Shown here piece by piece: positions 62,628 through 64,000 of a stretch of 64,000 nt of DNA. Below the pieces are notes generated by a model. It had not been told where the DNA came from, ran no database searches, and saw only the letters and a program-made list of their open reading frames with translations. The DNA lies in contig JAFCCW010000004.1 of assembly GCA_017609985.1 (NCBI GenBank), positions 23,558-87,557 on the forward strand, in the 5' to 3' direction. Both the position numbers and the translations under genes were made by a program. This DNA is from Candidatus Iainarchaeum sp. (GTDB taxonomy: Archaea > Iainarchaeota > Iainarchaeia > Iainarchaeales > JAFCCW01). The first letter of the stretch is position 1; the number at the start of each line of letters is the position of its first letter.

Positions 62628-63563
62628 TTATTTCTTTCCCTTTTTCTTTTCAGGCATTTTTTTGAGGAGCTGTTCACCTAATCCTACTATTCCCAGCTTT
62701 TCAGCACCCTTTGCAAAATCAGTTGGAATAAGTATCATCAAAGAATTCTGCTCTGCGCCAATCTCCTGCCAGGTTTGAAGCTGTCTTAACTGCATTGCAG
62801 CAGGATTCTTCAGCATTGTCTGTGCTGCTTTTTGGAAATTTGCAGCAGCCTCGTACTCTGCACTAGACTTTATCAGCCTTGCCTTCTTTTCTCTGCTGGC
62901 TTCTGCTTCCTTTGCCATCGCTCTTTTCAACATCTCTGGCAGAACAACATCCTTTATTTCAACGCTTATAACCCTTATGCCCCACGGGTCTGTTGCCTTG
63001 TCAAGAATAACTTTTATGTCGTTTCCAATTTCTTCTTTTTTCATTAAAAGCCTGTCAAGGTCTGATTTTCCCACGATGTCTCTGAGCGTTGTCTGAGCCA
63101 GCTTGACTGATGCGACAGCAAAATCTTCCACATTCATTATTGCATTCTTTGGTTCAGTAATCTGGTAATAGACCACAGCGTCAACCTCTACCGGAACAGA
63201 ATCAGCACTCATTATTTCCTGCGGCTTGACATCCCAGACTCTTACCCTCAAATCGACTTTGTAAGTTGTTTCAAAAAACGGGATTACCAGAAACAAACCA
63301 GCGCCTGCTTTGCGAGAATACTTTCCAAGCCTGAGAATTATAACCCTCTCCCACTCTGCAGCAACCCTTATTGAAAGCATTGCAAGCACGCCAAGCAGAC
63401 ATCCTGCCATAAAAAATCCAAAGCTGTTAAACGCTATAAGCGAAAGAAAACCAAGAAGTATTATAAACGAGCCAATGACAACTCCTATCTGAGTCGGACC
63501 TTTCTTTCCAGTACTATTTTCAATCTCAAAACCCTGAAATCCTTGCAAATGTGGAGCATACAT
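62628..63563 (-). CDS. SPFH/stomatin (slipin) family protein
   Basis: Motifs ERVIILRLG, VDAVVY, AQTTLR, DPWGI.V..VEIKD and RAMAKEAEA. Confidence 0.93.
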   Translation of the reverse strand: MYAPHLQGFQGFEIENSTGKKGPTQIGVVIGSFIILLGFLSLIAFNSFGFFMAGCLLGVLAMLSIRVAAEWERVIILRLGKYSRKAGAGLFLVIPFFETTYKVDLRVRVWDVKPQEIMSADSVPVEVDAVVYYQITEPKNAIMNVEDFAVASVKLAQTTLRDIVGKSDLDRLLMKKEEIGNDIKVILDKATDPWGIRVISVEIKDVVLPEMLKRAMAKEAEASREKKARLIKSSAEYEAAANFQKAAQTMLKNPAAMQLRQLQTWQEIGAEQNSLMILIPTDFAKGAEKLGIVGLGEQLLKKMPEKKKGKK

Positions 63564-63598
63564 AGTGAGAAATATATTGTGCGATTGTTTTTAAAAGG

Positions 63599-64000
63599 CT
63601 ATTTTTTGCTATTTTTTCTTCCAATAGCCCAAGGCCCAAAAAGGGAAACAAGCAAGACAAAAATCCAAATCCTGCCCTCGGCCAGATTATAATCTGCAAA
63701 AAGTTTTTCCCAGCTGTTTCCAAAAACAAAGTGTCCAAACACAAACTCAAAAGCAATTGTTGCAAGAGTCCAGCCAAGACCTATCACAACGAGGTCCCTG
63801 TTTGAATGCTCCAATCCTGCTTTTTTCAAGAGCAGAAAAATTACAACAAGCATTGCTGCAACAAAAAGGACAGTGCTCACCTGGTGGGCGAGAAGGTCTC
63901 CCAATATATCCTTGTAAAGCGCGTTTCTCAGTACACCATTGACTGTTCCAAGCACTGCAAAAAGAAACCAGGCGCCAACAGCAAAAGCGAAAAACTTTTT
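63599..64000 (-). CDS. Membrane hypothetical protein (5' end beyond the window)
   Basis: Frame is open to the window edge; motifs NG.LR, AHQ.ST, FEF.FGH and YNL.EGR.W. Confidence 0.7.
   Translation of the reverse strand, partial: KKFFAFAVGAWFLFAVLGTVNGVLRNALYKDILGDLLAHQVSTVLFVAAMLVVIFLLLKKAGLEHSNRDLVVIGLGWTLATIAFEFVFGHFVFGNSWEKLFADYNLAEGRIWIFVLLVSLFGPWAIGRKNSKK

Noticed and set aside
39217-64000. Integrated element at tRNA-Asp
   Set aside because: I found no integrase, transposase or att duplicate by eye in the window.

Overview
Archaeal chromosomal window with nearly all genes on the minus strand. The archaeal assignment is firm (e-type r-proteins, split RpoA'/A'' and RpoB'/B'', GGTGA-type SD motifs). 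A DPANN placement, possibly Iainarchaeota/Diapherotrites-like, is only an inference. Positions 1-15.6 kb hold the S10/spc-type ribosomal protein cluster with secY. Positions 15.7-21 kb hold a surface protein, rtcB, archease and rpiB. Positions 21-34.3 kb hold the str cluster and the RNA polymerase operon. The rest is accessory or metabolic: MscS, an ADP-forming acyl-CoA ligase/GNAT fusion, tRNA-Asp(GUC), a serB-serC-serA operon, a metal/Fe-S/redox cluster (ZIP, COG1149 ATPases, NifB/NifX proteins, CDF, ferredoxin:thioredoxin reductase module, HypB-like GTPase), a radical SAM-HhH protein, MscL, a broken NRAMP gene, CbiM-PDGLE, a SelB-like protein and an SPFH protein. The most striking observation is an unannotated 21-codon Ser/Cys-rich ORF (MMALRNSVFCSCSSSSSSCSL, 43260-43325) just upstream of the serine biosynthesis operon. 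It overlaps two mutually exclusive RNA helices, one of which occludes the serB SD and start codon, making it a candidate ribosome-mediated serine attenuator in an archaeon. Several small genes missed by the ORF track and candidate structured leaders are also reported. All RNA pairings were found by eye and no database searches were run.
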